Below are positions 27,913 through 38,210 of a stretch of 49,113 nt of DNA, in pieces; position 1 is the stretch's first letter; every line of letters starts with the position of its first letter. The stretch is from Candidatus Velthaea sp. (GTDB taxonomy: Bacteria; Vulcanimicrobiota; Vulcanimicrobiia; Vulcanimicrobiales; Vulcanimicrobiaceae), in NCBI GenBank assembly GCA_050012475.1, contig JBEKHC010000032.1, positions 1-49,113 on the forward strand, read 5' to 3'. The notes below the pieces were generated by a model. The model saw only the letters and a list, made by a program, of their open reading frames with translations, did not search any database and was not told the origin of the DNA. The translations under genes and the position numbers were made by a program.

Positions 27913-29043
27913 TCAGCGCGGTGCGGTCAGTCGTTGCAACCCGAGAAAGCCGATCGGGTGCCGGGTGGCCCCCTCGAGCGCTAAATCGGCGACGATCTCG
28001 CCGATGACGGGGCAGAATTTGTAGCCGTGTCCGGAAAAGCCGCCGGCGACGACGATGCGCGCGTCCGCGGGATGCCGGTCGACGACGAAGTGATCGTCCG
28101 GCGTGCGCGTATACATGCAGACTTTTCCGGCGGCGACCGAGTCCGCGGCGCCGGGTGCGAACGCATCAAGCGCAGCTCGCACGGCTGCGACGTCGGCGTC
28201 ATGAACCGTGCGGTCGAGCCGCTCGGGCGAAGTGGTTTCGCCCCAACCGTGCAGGGCCGCTTTCACGCCGCGGCCGCCGTCGGGAAAACCATACAAAGCG
28301 GCGGGCGCATCCGCACGGTCGACGAAGAACGCCGGAAACCGGCCGTTGTCGTAGACGTTGGTGCGCGGCCGAAACCAGACTTGGACGTTGCGCTGCACGC
28401 GCAGCGGCAGTCCCAAGTCCGGGGCCACGGCGGACAGCCACGGACCCGCGCAGATCGCCAACCGGTGCGTCGCGATCGTGGTTCCGTCGGCCAGCTCGGC
28501 GACGACGGCGGTGTCGCGCGCGGCGTAGCGGCGGACGGGCGTCTGAAAACGGACTTCGGCGCCGGCTTCCAGCGCGACGCGCAAGTGCGCCTCGATGGCC
28601 GCCTCGGGAAACACGATGCCGGCGTCGGGTTCGAACAGCGCACGTTCGTCCGGCCGCAGACGCAGCTGCGGGTAGCGCCGCAGAATTTCGTTTTGGGAAA
28701 GTTCTTCGAGCGCAATGGCGTGCAGCTGGGCGCTGCGCGCGGCACCGGCGAGGACCGTGCTCTGCGAACCGCCCACCATCAAGACGCCGCAGCGATCGAG
28801 CAGCCGCGTCCGGCTTGCACGTTCGAGTTCGACCCACAACGCGTATGCCCGGCGCAGCAGCGGGACATAGGCCGGGTCTTCGTAGTACGCCATGCGGATG
28901 ATGCGCGACTCGCCGGCCGATGAACCGCGGTCGTGCGCGCGCGCGAACTGTTCGAGTCCGAGGACGCGCCGTCCGCGCGACGCGAGGTGCGCGAGCGCCG
29001 CGCTGCCCATGCCGCCCAAACCCACGACGACGGCATCGTACAT
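27913..29043 (-). CDS. solA: N-methyl-L-tryptophan/monomeric sarcosine oxidase family
   Basis: GLGGMGS FAD motif, GSSAGESRIIRMAY, covalent-flavin Cys in CMYTRTPD, GFSGHGYKF. Confidence 0.9.
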   Translation of the reverse strand: MYDAVVVGLGGMGSAALAHLASRGRRVLGLEQFARAHDRGSSAGESRIIRMAYYEDPAYVPLLRRAYALWVELERASRTRLLDRCGVLMVGGSQSTVLAGAARSAQLHAIALEELSQNEILRRYPQLRLRPDERALFEPDAGIVFPEAAIEAHLRVALEAGAEVRFQTPVRRYAARDTAVVAELADGTTIATHRLAICAGPWLSAVAPDLGLPLRVQRNVQVWFRPRTNVYDNGRFPAFFVDRADAPAALYGFPDGGRGVKAALHGWGETTSPERLDRTVHDADVAAVRAALDAFAPGAADSVAAGKVCMYTRTPDDHFVVDRHPADARIVVAGGFSGHGYKFCPVIGEIVADLALEGATRHPIGFLGLQRLTAPR

Positions 29044-29116
29044 CAACGCGCAGTTTCGCCCATCGTGCAAGCGTTCGGAGGGCGCGGCGCTCGTTCCCCA
29101 CCTCGCGGGGCGCGGC

Positions 29117-29878
29117 GTGACGGCGCGGTTCTTGGGTTTGGATCTCGCCTGGTCCGACCGCAATCCGTCAGGGTTGGCCGTTCTCAACGCGGACGGGCGT
29201 TTGCTCGACGTGCGGGCCGACGTGCGCGACGACGCGGCGATTCTGGCGTGGGTCCGCGCGCAGCTCGGCGACTGCGGCGTGATCGGCATCGACATGCCGA
29301 CCATCGTGCGCAACGCTGACGGAATTCGGCCCTGTGAGCGTGCGTTGGGCGCGGTCTTCCGCAGCGCGCACGCCGCGCCGCACCCGGCAAACCTGCGCCG
29401 GTTTCCCGACGGGGGCCGCGCCCGGCGGCTCATCGACGCGTTGCGCCCGGACGGCGTGATCGAGACGCTCGGCGTGCGTCCGCGCGATCCGCGCATCGTC
29501 GCGCTCGAGGTGTTTCCGCATCCCGCGCACGTGCGTTTGTTCGCACTCGAGCGCGTCTTCGGATACAAAAAGAAAACGCGGCCCTGGTCCGCGGTGCTGG
29601 CCGAGTGGTCGCGCTATCGGGGCGCGCTGGCGATGCTCGCGTCAGCCGAACCGCCGCTGCTGCTCGACGCGTCGATTCCGCTTGGCGTTGGTGCTCGAGG
29701 ATACAAGCGCTGGGACGATACGCTCGACGCAATTTCGTGCGCGTACGTTGCCGCGTTCGTTTGGCGCTGGGGGATCGAGCCGCCGCACGTCCGTGTTTTC
29801 GGCGATTTGCAGACCGGCTATATCGTCGTGCCGGACCGGGTTTGGGGGGCCAAGGAGCCGGGTACTCAACCGTCGTGA
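29117..29878 (+). CDS. DUF429 family RNase H-fold protein
   Basis: FLGLDLAWS, GIDMP, RPCER, EVFPHPA, YKKK, DTLDA, GYIVVP. Confidence 0.8.
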   Translation: MTARFLGLDLAWSDRNPSGLAVLNADGRLLDVRADVRDDAAILAWVRAQLGDCGVIGIDMPTIVRNADGIRPCERALGAVFRSAHAAPHPANLRRFPDGGRARRLIDALRPDGVIETLGVRPRDPRIVALEVFPHPAHVRLFALERVFGYKKKTRPWSAVLAEWSRYRGALAMLASAEPPLLLDASIPLGVGARGYKRWDDTLDAISCAYVAAFVWRWGIEPPHVRVFGDLQTGYIVVPDRVWGAKEPGTQPS

Positions 29879-30459
29879 GTGCAACGAAAACCGATTCCAA
29901 AAATGCCCAGCCGTTTCTGACCGACGTGCAAGAGCTGCGCCGGCGCGCGCGTCAGCATTTGGAGAGCGGCAACATCACCGAGACGTACGGCGGCGACGTC
30001 AAGCAGGCGATCGCGATCCTGCAAAATGTGCTCGCGACCGAAATCGTTTGCGTGTTGCGTTATACGATGCACGCGATCTCCGCGACCGGCATCGCCAGCG
30101 AATCCGTCAAAGACGAGTTCGCGCAGCATGCCAAAGAAGAGCAAGAACACATGACCATCGTTGCCGAGCGGATCAATCAGCTCGGCGGCCGGCCGAATTT
30201 CAATCCGGAAGGGTTAGCGTCGCGTTCGGCGTCGCAGTATGCCGAGGGCGCGAACCTCGTCGATATGATCAAAGAGAATTATATTGCCGAGCGGATTGCC
30301 GTCGACCACTACCGCGAACTGATCCGCTACTTCGCCGACAACGATCCGACCACGCGCGTGATGCTCGAAAGCATCCTTGCCACCGAAGAAGAGCACGCCA
30401 ACGACATGCACGATCTGCTCGTCGCGCACGAAGGCAAACCGATGCTTCCGTCGGATTAA
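29875..30459 (+). CDS. Ferritin-like (bacterioferritin-type) protein
   Basis: LATEIVCVLRY, EEQEH, ERINQLGG, AERIAVDHY, EEEHA diiron motifs; GTGA overlap. Confidence 0.88.
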   Translation: MSATKTDSKNAQPFLTDVQELRRRARQHLESGNITETYGGDVKQAIAILQNVLATEIVCVLRYTMHAISATGIASESVKDEFAQHAKEEQEHMTIVAERINQLGGRPNFNPEGLASRSASQYAEGANLVDMIKENYIAERIAVDHYRELIRYFADNDPTTRVMLESILATEEEHANDMHDLLVAHEGKPMLPSD

Positions 30460-30520
30460 GCAGACAAGCGGCGCCACTCCCGGGTGATGGTCGCGATGCG
30501 ACGGTCGGCCCGCGGAGGAG

Positions 30521-31162
30521 TTGGTTCGAGTGGAGTTAGTCTGTGTCCGGCACGGCCGCACCGCGTGGAACGCCCAGCGGCGGTTTCAAGGGCGAACCGA
30601 TGTTCCGCTCGACGACGAGGGCCGCGCGCAAGCGCAGGCCCTTGCCGCGCATCTGGCGGCGGAACGTTTCGATCTCGCGCTGGCTTCGGATTTGTCCCGC
30701 GCCGCAGCGACGGCGGCGGCCATCGCCGAAGCCTGCGGTGCGATCGTCGTGCCCGAGCCGCGGTTGCGCGAGATGCGATTCGGCAGTTGGGAAGGGCTGA
30801 CGTGGAGCGAAATCGTCGCCCGCACGCCCGAACTTGCCGGACAGTCGCCGACCGCGCCGTCGATCTATCGGCCTGACGACGGCGAATCGTTCGACGACGT
30901 GAGCGAACGGATTCGACCGGTGTTGGCGGAAGTGACCGCCCGTCTGGGACCCGGCGGCCGCGCGCTGCTCGTTTCGCACGCCGGCGTGATGCACGCGCTG
31001 CTGCGCGTCGCGCTCGAGGAGCCCGACGAAGCATCGCTGGGCGTTACGTTTTTGCCCGCCAGCATCATGCGTCTCAGCGGCGACGGTTCGCTGCCGTGGC
31101 GTTTGGATCGGGTGAACGAAGTTGCGCCGCCGCTCGCGGGTTCGGCGGCCGTGATGCCGTAA
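30521..31162 (+). CDS. cobC: Histidine phosphatase, probable alpha-ribazole phosphatase
   Basis: RHGRT, SDLSRA, LREMRFGSWEG, GES, VSHAG; directly upstream of cobT-cobS. Confidence 0.75.
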   Translation: MVRVELVCVRHGRTAWNAQRRFQGRTDVPLDDEGRAQAQALAAHLAAERFDLALASDLSRAAATAAAIAEACGAIVVPEPRLREMRFGSWEGLTWSEIVARTPELAGQSPTAPSIYRPDDGESFDDVSERIRPVLAEVTARLGPGGRALLVSHAGVMHALLRVALEEPDEASLGVTFLPASIMRLSGDGSLPWRLDRVNEVAPPLAGSAAVMP

Positions 31163-31171
31163 AGGGGCGAC

Positions 31172-32242
31172 ATGAACCCGTGTGATTTCCGTTCGCAAAT
31201 CGTCCCAGCCGATCGGGCCGCCGCGGTTGCCGCGCGCGAACGGATCGACGGGCTGATCAAGCCCGTCGGCAGCCTGGGCCGGATCGAGGAACTCGCCGTG
31301 CAGCTATGCGCCATCGGCGGGGGCTTGCCGCGGCATGCGTACGAACGCCGCACCATTCTCATCGGCGCGGGCGATCACGGCGTCGCAGCCGACGGCGTCA
31401 GCGCGTACCCGCCGGAAGTCACCGCGCAGATGGTGGGCGGGTTTCTGGCCGGCTTCGCGGCGATCAATGCCTTTGCGCGAACGGCGCGGGCCGAAGTCTT
31501 CGTCGCGAATTTCGGCGTGCGCGAAGCGCTGCCGGTTCATCCGCGCCTCTTCGACGTCAACGCCGGTTACGGAACGGCGAACTTGGCGCACGGTCCGGCG
31601 ATCCGGCGCGATCACTTGCCGTATACGCTGGCAGCCGGAATCGCGGCGTATGACGCGGCGGCCGAGGCCGCCCCGTTCGACGTGATTGCCGTTGGCGAGA
31701 TGGGCATCGGCAACACGACGAGCGCTGCGGCGATCGTCGCGGCGTTTACCGGCCGGCCGGCGCGCGAGGTCGTCGGCCGGGGCACCGGAGTCGACGACGA
31801 ACGCTACGAACGTAAAGTGCGCAGCGTCGAGCGCGCGCTCGCGCGCTGCGAGGATTTCACCTGGGACGAAATCGCCAGCCAGATGGGCGGTTACGAGATC
31901 GTTGGTTTGGCAGGCGTGATCTTGTGCGCCGCGCGAGCCCGCGTTCCGGTCGTCCTCGACGGCTTCATCGTTGCAGCGGCGGCGCTGATCGCCGGCGCGA
32001 TCGCGCCCGATGCGCTGGGCTATTGCATTGCGGCGCACCGCTCGCAGGAACCCGGCCACGTGCTGGCGCTCGAAGCGCTCGGGCTCAAACCACTCTTCGA
32101 TCTCGAACTGCGGCTGGGTGAGGCCAGCGGCGCGGCATTAGCGCTGCCCGTGATCGAATCGGCGGCGCGCATGATCCGGGAGATGAAGACGTTCGCCGAG
32201 GCCGGCGTGGCAACTGCGCCTCACGCCGTCACCGCGCCGTAA
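31172..32242 (+). CDS. cobT: Nicotinate-nucleotide-dimethylbenzimidazole phosphoribosyltransferase
   Basis: KPVGSLGRIE, DHGV, GVSAYP, GEMGIGNTTSAAA, GRGTG, LDGF, LRLGE. Confidence 0.95.
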   Translation: MNPCDFRSQIVPADRAAAVAARERIDGLIKPVGSLGRIEELAVQLCAIGGGLPRHAYERRTILIGAGDHGVAADGVSAYPPEVTAQMVGGFLAGFAAINAFARTARAEVFVANFGVREALPVHPRLFDVNAGYGTANLAHGPAIRRDHLPYTLAAGIAAYDAAAEAAPFDVIAVGEMGIGNTTSAAAIVAAFTGRPAREVVGRGTGVDDERYERKVRSVERALARCEDFTWDEIASQMGGYEIVGLAGVILCAARARVPVVLDGFIVAAAALIAGAIAPDALGYCIAAHRSQEPGHVLALEALGLKPLFDLELRLGEASGAALALPVIESAARMIREMKTFAEAGVATAPHAVTAP

Positions 32243-32946
32243 GGGCAGCCCGGGGCGCGCGCGCCGCATTCGCGTATTTTTCGACGCTGCCCGTCGGCAG
32301 CGCAAACGCGCCGGACGCCGAAACGCTGGCCTTTCTGCCGTTGGTTGGGGCCGTCGTCGGCGGGCTCGCCGGCACCGGCGGCTGGGCGGTTTCGCTCGTT
32401 GCTCCGCACGCGCTAACGGTCGCCGTCGCGTTCGGCCTCTCGATCGCGTTTACCGGCGCGCTGCACGTCGATGGATTTCTCGATGTGTGCGACGGGGCGT
32501 TCGCCTCCGTGCCGGCGCAGCGTCGCCGCGAGATTCTCAAAGATCCGCATCACGGCACGTTTGCGATCGCATTTTTCGCCGTGTTGTGCGCCGTTTGGCT
32601 CGCAGCGCTGTGGAGTATCGATCCGCCCCGGCTGCCGCTGGCGCTCGCGTTTGCGGGCAGCGCGGCGCGCTGGATTGCCGTCGCCGTCGCGCGCGTCTTC
32701 CCGTACGGTAACGCGGGAATTCGGCCGCCGTTGGGCATCCACGCCGCGATGGGTGCCCTCGCCTTAGCGCTTGGATGGAGTTATTGGGGCCATGCGGTCG
32801 TGCTCATCGCGCTGGGCGGCGCAACGTTTGCGGCGGCGTTTTGGTTGAGATCGCGCCTCGGCCAGCTCAACGGCGATTGTTATGGTTTCTTGATCGCCTG
32901 CACCGAGGTCGCGATCCTTGCCGCGCTCCCCCTCACCTCACCGTGA
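32239..32946 (+). CDS. cobS: Adenosylcobinamide-GDP ribazoletransferase (cobalamin synthase); no canonical start at the expected position
   Basis: AFAYFSTLPV, FLPLVG, TGALHVDGFLDVCDG, ILKDP, GTFA, NGDCYG. Confidence 0.88.
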   Translation, partial: VRAARGARAAFAYFSTLPVGSANAPDAETLAFLPLVGAVVGGLAGTGGWAVSLVAPHALTVAVAFGLSIAFTGALHVDGFLDVCDGAFASVPAQRRREILKDPHHGTFAIAFFAVLCAVWLAALWSIDPPRLPLALAFAGSAARWIAVAVARVFPYGNAGIRPPLGIHAAMGALALALGWSYWGHAVVLIALGGATFAAAFWLRSRLGQLNGDCYGFLIACTEVAILAALPLTSP

Positions 32947-32954
32947 GGCTCCCG

Positions 32955-33713
32955 TCAAACCGTCGGTTCGGGTGTTCCGACGATCGGGATGTCTCGCGCC
33001 GGATCCTCGGTCGCCAGCGCTCGGTAGGCGTATCCGCCGACGAGGGCGCCCAAAATCGGGGCGACCCAAAAGAGCCATAACTGCGCGAGCGCCCAGCCGC
33101 CGACGAAGAGTGCCGGGCCGGTCGAACGTGCGGGGTTGACCGACGTATTCGTGACTGGGATGCTCACGAGATGGATGAGCGTGAGCGCCAGTCCGATGGC
33201 GATCGGGGCGAAACCGCGCGGTGCGCGGTCATCGGTCGCGCCTAAGATGACGAACAGAAAGCCGAACGTCAGCACGAATTCGGTTATGAATCCGGCGCCG
33301 AGGCTAAAGCCCCCCGGTGAATGCTCGCCGTAGCCGTTCGCCGCTAATCCGCTTGCCTGCAGATCGAAGCCCGGGTGTCCGCTTGCAATCAGCAACAGCA
33401 CCCCGGAAGCAATGATCGCGCCGACGACTTGCGCAATGATATACGGAGCGATCTCTTTGGCCGGAAAACGTCCGCCGCTCCACAAACCGATGGTCACCGC
33501 GGGATTCAGATGACAGCCCGAGATGTGGCCGATCGTATAGGCCATGGTCAATACCGTTAGGCCGAATGCAAGCGCGACGCCGGCAAATCCGATCCCAACC
33601 GGCACACCTTTCGCGGTAAGAAAGACCGCAGCGAGCACCGCGCTTCCGGTTCCACCGAAAACCAACCAGAACGTGCCGAGGCATTCCGCCGTCATGCGTT
33701 TACTTAATGCCAT
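32955..33713 (-). CDS. aqpZ: Aquaporin Z
   Basis: [45 protein letters not shown]. Confidence 0.96.
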   Translation of the reverse strand: MALSKRMTAECLGTFWLVFGGTGSAVLAAVFLTAKGVPVGIGFAGVALAFGLTVLTMAYTIGHISGCHLNPAVTIGLWSGGRFPAKEIAPYIIAQVVGAIIASGVLLLIASGHPGFDLQASGLAANGYGEHSPGGFSLGAGFITEFVLTFGFLFVILGATDDRAPRGFAPIAIGLALTLIHLVSIPVTNTSVNPARSTGPALFVGGWALAQLWLFWVAPILGALVGGYAYRALATEDPARDIPIVGTPEPTV

Positions 33714-33802
33714 ATTAAACTCACCCTCAAAGTTACCAGGCCTTGATTTAGGGTGATGCTAACACGATGACTTTGATTGTCAAATGCATTCCGGCAAATA
33801 CA

Positions 33803-34090
33803 TTACGCGTCGTCGTCGCATGCTACGATGCATGTTCCGATGCGTTGCGCGAGTTGATCGGCGTCGATACCGGCAACGTCGACATATTTGCGTCGGCCCG
33901 TCGCGCCGCGCACGATTGAAACCGAGCGCACGCTGATCCCCAGCCAAGCGGCGATCGCGCGTTCGATGGCAGCGTTTGCTCGGCCGTCGATCGCGCGTTC
34001 GCGAACGGCCACGATGAGAACGCCGTCCCGAACCGAGATCGACGCGACCTTCCTGCCGGGCTTTGCATCGACGGTCAGAAGCAAGGGCAT
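33803..34090 (-). CDS. DUF167/YggU family protein
   Basis: AKPG, AIDGRAN, IVRGATGRRK. Confidence 0.85.
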   Translation of the reverse strand: MPLLLTVDAKPGRKVASISVRDGVLIVAVRERAIDGRANAAIERAIAAWLGISVRSVSIVRGATGRRKYVDVAGIDADQLAQRIGTCIVACDDDA

Positions 34091-34117
34091 CGCTCGACGG
34101 CGCGGAAGGCGGGCCGG

Positions 34118-34690
34118 GTGAGTTTGGACGTTCGTCGCAATCGCCTCCTACTGCCTCCCGGGGATCGCGCACCCGAGGAAATCAATGTCATCGTCGAGAT
34201 TCCCAAGGGCTCGCGGAACAAGTACGAGTACGACAAGGCGCTCGATATCTTCACCCTCGATCGTGCGCTCCATTCGGCGATCTTCTATCCGGGTGACTAC
34301 GGCTTCATGCCGCGTACGCTGGCGCTCGACGGCGACCCGCTCGACGTCCTCATCCTCGTATCGGAGCCGACGTTCAGCGGCTGTCTGGTGATCGCGCGAC
34401 CGATCGGTCTGCTCAAGATGCTCGACGGGGGCGAAGAAGACGACAAAGTACTCGCGGTGCCCGTCGGCGAGCCGGACTACGCCGACATCCACAACTACAC
34501 CCAGATTTTTTCGCACCAGCTGCGCAAGATCTCGCACTTCTTCGAGACCTACAAGGCGCTCGAAGGCAAGAATACCGTAACCGGGCCTTGGACCGACGCC
34601 GCCGACGCGCGGCGGATCATCTTGGACTCGATGCAGCGCTTCGACGAGACCCAAGCCAAGAAGGCCGAGACTGAGGTCAAGAAAAGCTGA
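34118..34690 (+). CDS. ppa: Family I inorganic pyrophosphatase
   Basis: EIPKGSRNKYEYD, YPGDYGF, DGDPLD, DDKV, FFETYK. Confidence 0.96.
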   Translation: MSLDVRRNRLLLPPGDRAPEEINVIVEIPKGSRNKYEYDKALDIFTLDRALHSAIFYPGDYGFMPRTLALDGDPLDVLILVSEPTFSGCLVIARPIGLLKMLDGGEEDDKVLAVPVGEPDYADIHNYTQIFSHQLRKISHFFETYKALEGKNTVTGPWTDAADARRIILDSMQRFDETQAKKAETEVKKS

Positions 34691-35612
34691 GGGTTTCGAT
34701 CGCCTGGGCCGGTGCCGGTATGCTGGCGAGCGCCGCGGCGATGATCTCCGCGGTATCGAGCAGGCGCGGACCGGGCCGATTGACGTAGGCGTTCCCGTCC
34801 ATGACGAACGCATGGCCCGTGCGCACCGCCCGCAGCGCGGGCAAGCCGCCGCCGGCGGCGGCGTCGCCGGCCGCGGCGCGGGCTTGCGCGAGGTCGTAAC
34901 CGCACGGCGCGATGATGATGACGTCGGGATCGGCGGCCGCGACGGTCTCCCATTCCAAGCGTTGCGAGTTTGCGCCGGGGTGGGCAAGGATCGGCTCACC
35001 GCCGGCGAGTTCAACGAGATCCGGGGTCCAATGCCCCCCGCTCATCGGCGGATCGGTCCACTCCAAGAGCAGGGTGCGCGGGGCGGGCTGCGGCGCCCGG
35101 CGCCCGCGCAGTGCGGCTTCGCGGCTGCGCAGCGCGTCAACGAGTGCCTGGGCCCCGGCGCTCGCGGCGGCCAGTTCGCCGACGGTGAGGATGTTGGCGT
35201 ACACGTCTTCGAGCGATGCCGGTTCGAGTGAAATGACCGCCGGACCGACGCCGCGGATGCGCTTCGCCGCCCGCGCGACGATCTCGTAGGAGACCGCGCA
35301 GACCGCGCACAGCTCTTGGGTGACGATCACGTCGGGTGCGAGTCGGGCGAGCAGCGCGGCATCGAGCGCATAGAGGCTCGAACCCGCGTGAACGCTGGCG
35401 CGCACGTGGCGGTCGATGCGCCCGGCCCGGCCCGGCTGCGCCGGCAACCCCGGCGGCTGCAATTCGGGCGGCAGCAACGATGCGGTGAGCGCCGGCAGCG
35501 CGCGCGCAGCAGCGGGATAGTCGCATTCGTGGGTCACGCCGACGACCCGGTCTCCCGCGCCGATGGCAAAGAGTATCTCGGTCGCGCTGGGCAACAAGCT
35601 CACGATGCGCAT
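34677..35612 (-). CDS. BtuF-like (helical-backbone) cobalamin/iron substrate-binding protein, no signal peptide
   Basis: [44 protein letters not shown]. Confidence 0.85.
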   Translation of the reverse strand: MRIVSLLPSATEILFAIGAGDRVVGVTHECDYPAAARALPALTASLLPPELQPPGLPAQPGRAGRIDRHVRASVHAGSSLYALDAALLARLAPDVIVTQELCAVCAVSYEIVARAAKRIRGVGPAVISLEPASLEDVYANILTVGELAAASAGAQALVDALRSREAALRGRRAPQPAPRTLLLEWTDPPMSGGHWTPDLVELAGGEPILAHPGANSQRLEWETVAAADPDVIIIAPCGYDLAQARAAAGDAAAGGGLPALRAVRTGHAFVMDGNAYVNRPGPRLLDTAEIIAAALASIPAPAQAIETLSFS

Positions 35613-35742
35613 CGCGGCCGCTTTGTGCAGGCTGCAGCGAACTCCCGGTCGACGGCAACGACCCGCCAAGCGGCAGCAGGCGTTTTACGACGATCTTCAA
35701 AGGCCCGCAGGTACTCTCTTGGCCGGTAAAGGACGAGAACGC

Positions 35743-36978
35743 GTGGCGAAAATCAAGGTGCTGAACCCGGTCGTGGAGCTTGACGGCGATGAGATGACCC
35801 GGATCATCTGGCAGTTCATCAAGGCCAAGCTGATCCTGCCGTATCTCGATGTCGATCTGCGCTACTACGACTTGGGCATTGAATACCGCGACGCCACCAA
35901 CGACCAGGTCACGCTCGACGCAGCGCGCGCGATCAAGGAATTCGGCGTCGGCGTGAAGTGCGCGACGATCACGCCGGACGAAGCGCGCGTCGAAGAATTT
36001 CATCTCAAGCAAATGTGGCGCTCGCCCAACGGCACGATCCGTAACGAACTCGACGGAACCGTGTTCCGCGAGCCGATCGTGTGCCGGAACATTCCCAAGC
36101 TCGTGCCGGGGTGGAAGCATCCGATCGTGATCGGCCGGCACGCATTCGGCGACGTCTACCGGGCGACGGATTTCGTGGTTCCCGGCGCCGGCGCCCTGTC
36201 GATCACCTTCACGCCCACCGACGGCGGTGCGCCGGTGACCCGTGACGTGTTCACGTTCAAGGGCCCCGGCGTCGCGCTGGCGATGTACAACGTCGACGAG
36301 TCGATCCGCGGATTCGCCCGCGCCTGTATGAACTACGGCCTGATGCGCAAATGGCCGGTGTACCTGTCGACCAAGAACACGATCCTCAAAGCCTACGACG
36401 GCCGCTTCAAAGATATCTTCGAGCAAATTTACCAAACCGAGTTCGAAGCGCGATTCACCGCGGCGGGCATTACCTACGAGCACCGGCTCATCGACGACAT
36501 GGTCGCGTCGTCGCTGAAGTGGCCGGGCAAATTCGTCTGGGCGTGCAAGAACTACGACGGCGACGTGCAGTCCGATTCGGTCGCGCAAGGGTTTGGTTCG
36601 CTGGGCTTGATGACGTCGGTGCTCATGACGCCCGACGGTGAGACGATCGAGGCCGAGGCCGCGCACGGCACGGTTACGCGGCATTATCGCGAGCATATGA
36701 AAGGCCGGCCGACGTCGACCAATCCGATCGCATCGATCTTCGCCTGGACGCGCGGCCTCGAACATCGCGGGAAAGTCGACGGAACGCCGGACGTCGTGAC
36801 GTTCGCGCAGACACTCGAAGCGGTCTGCGTCGATTCGGTGGAAAACGGGATCATGACCAAAGATCTCGCGCTGCTCGTCGGTCCCGATCAGCCGTACCTC
36901 ACCACGCAGGATTTTCTCGACGCGCTCGACACCGAACTCTCGCGGCGCATGGGGTCGCTCGTCGCGAGCGTGCACTGA
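35743..36978 (+). CDS. icd: NADP-dependent isocitrate dehydrogenase (eukaryote-like type II)
   Basis: [49 protein letters not shown]. Confidence 0.97.
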   Translation: MAKIKVLNPVVELDGDEMTRIIWQFIKAKLILPYLDVDLRYYDLGIEYRDATNDQVTLDAARAIKEFGVGVKCATITPDEARVEEFHLKQMWRSPNGTIRNELDGTVFREPIVCRNIPKLVPGWKHPIVIGRHAFGDVYRATDFVVPGAGALSITFTPTDGGAPVTRDVFTFKGPGVALAMYNVDESIRGFARACMNYGLMRKWPVYLSTKNTILKAYDGRFKDIFEQIYQTEFEARFTAAGITYEHRLIDDMVASSLKWPGKFVWACKNYDGDVQSDSVAQGFGSLGLMTSVLMTPDGETIEAEAAHGTVTRHYREHMKGRPTSTNPIASIFAWTRGLEHRGKVDGTPDVVTFAQTLEAVCVDSVENGIMTKDLALLVGPDQPYLTTQDFLDALDTELSRRMGSLVASVH

Positions 36979-36980
36979 GC

Positions 36981-38156
36981 GTGCCGTCGCCGGTTCGGCC
37001 GGTGCCGTTGCCGTTCGAGCCGTCCCCCGGCGTCAGGCGGATCACGGCGTCGTCGCTGCGCCCCAGCTTCGCGCCGGTTCCCGGACTGATCTCGCTGGCC
37101 ATGGGCGAGCCCGATTTCGACACCCCGCCGGCAATCGTCGAGGCCGCCATCGATGCGCTGCACGCCGGTTATACGCGCTATACCGAACCGTCCGGCGACG
37201 CTGAATTACGCGACGCGCTTGCCGAGCAGGTGTCGCGAACGGCCGGTACGTCATACAGCCGCGATCAGGTGCTGGTGACGCACGGGTCGAGCGCCGCCCT
37301 TGCCGCAGCGGTGCTGGCCGTCGTTGGTCCCGGCGATCGGGTCGTCATTCCCGAACCATCCTATTCGTTGTATGCCGATTTGGTGAATCTCGCCGGCGGG
37401 GTGTGCGTCGGCGTTCCGCTGCGGCCCGATTTTCATCTCGATTTCGCCGCCCTCGCGCCGGCGCTCGTGGGTGCCCGGCTGCTCGTGCTGTGCACGCCGG
37501 GAAATCCAACCGGCGCCGTGTACCGCGCCGGCGAGTGGGCTCGGCTCGCCGCGCTCGTCGCCGAAACGCAGGCCTACGTGTTGACGGACGAGGCGTATTA
37601 CGCGCTGGTGTACGACGGCGTCCCCTTCGTCTCGGGGTTGACGGTCGAGGCGCTGCGCGAGCGGCTGGTCTACGCTCAAACGTTCTCGAAAGCGTACGCG
37701 ATGACGGGTTGGCGCATCGGCTATTTGGCCGGCCCGGCGGCGATCGTCAAGGCCGCCGGCGTGGTCCACCGGGCGTTCAACGCGACGAACAACGCGTTCG
37801 TCCAACGGGCGGCGCTGGCAGCGCTGTGCGACGACGGGAAGAGCGCGCGCGGCTGGCTCGAGGCGTTTCGTGCCCGGCGCGACTTTGCCTTGGACCGCTT
37901 GCGCGCCATCGACGGGCTGACGGTCGCTCCGCCCGAGGGCAGCTTCTACCTTTTCGTCCGGTATGCGGCGCCGGTTCCGTCGGCCGAATTGGCGGAACGG
38001 ATGATCGCCGGCGGCGTCGCGATTCGCGCCGGCCGCGAATACGGGCCCAGCGGCGAGGGCCATTTCCGCATTTCGTTCGCGACGAGCATGGAAAAACTCG
38101 GCGCGGGCATCGACCGGATCGCGAACGTCCTCGCGACCCTGCCCGCCGCCGTTTAA
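36981..38156 (+). CDS. Class I/II PLP-dependent aminotransferase (AspC-like)
   Basis: GEPDF, NPTG, DEAY, TFSKAYAMTGWRIG, RISF. Confidence 0.92.
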   Translation: MPSPVRPVPLPFEPSPGVRRITASSLRPSFAPVPGLISLAMGEPDFDTPPAIVEAAIDALHAGYTRYTEPSGDAELRDALAEQVSRTAGTSYSRDQVLVTHGSSAALAAAVLAVVGPGDRVVIPEPSYSLYADLVNLAGGVCVGVPLRPDFHLDFAALAPALVGARLLVLCTPGNPTGAVYRAGEWARLAALVAETQAYVLTDEAYYALVYDGVPFVSGLTVEALRERLVYAQTFSKAYAMTGWRIGYLAGPAAIVKAAGVVHRAFNATNNAFVQRAALAALCDDGKSARGWLEAFRARRDFALDRLRAIDGLTVAPPEGSFYLFVRYAAPVPSAELAERMIAGGVAIRAGREYGPSGEGHFRISFATSMEKLGAGIDRIANVLATLPAAV

Positions 38157-38210
38157 ACGCTGGCAAACCGACCAACACCTAGGGTGCCGGAACCTCAAGG
38201 ATGGACATCC

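Noticed and set aside
29875..30459. Encapsulin cargo ferritin
   Set aside because: No C-terminal targeting peptide and no encapsulin gene nearby
30460..30520. Cobalamin riboswitch before cobC
   Set aside because: The gap is only ~60 bp and lacks the B12-box elements
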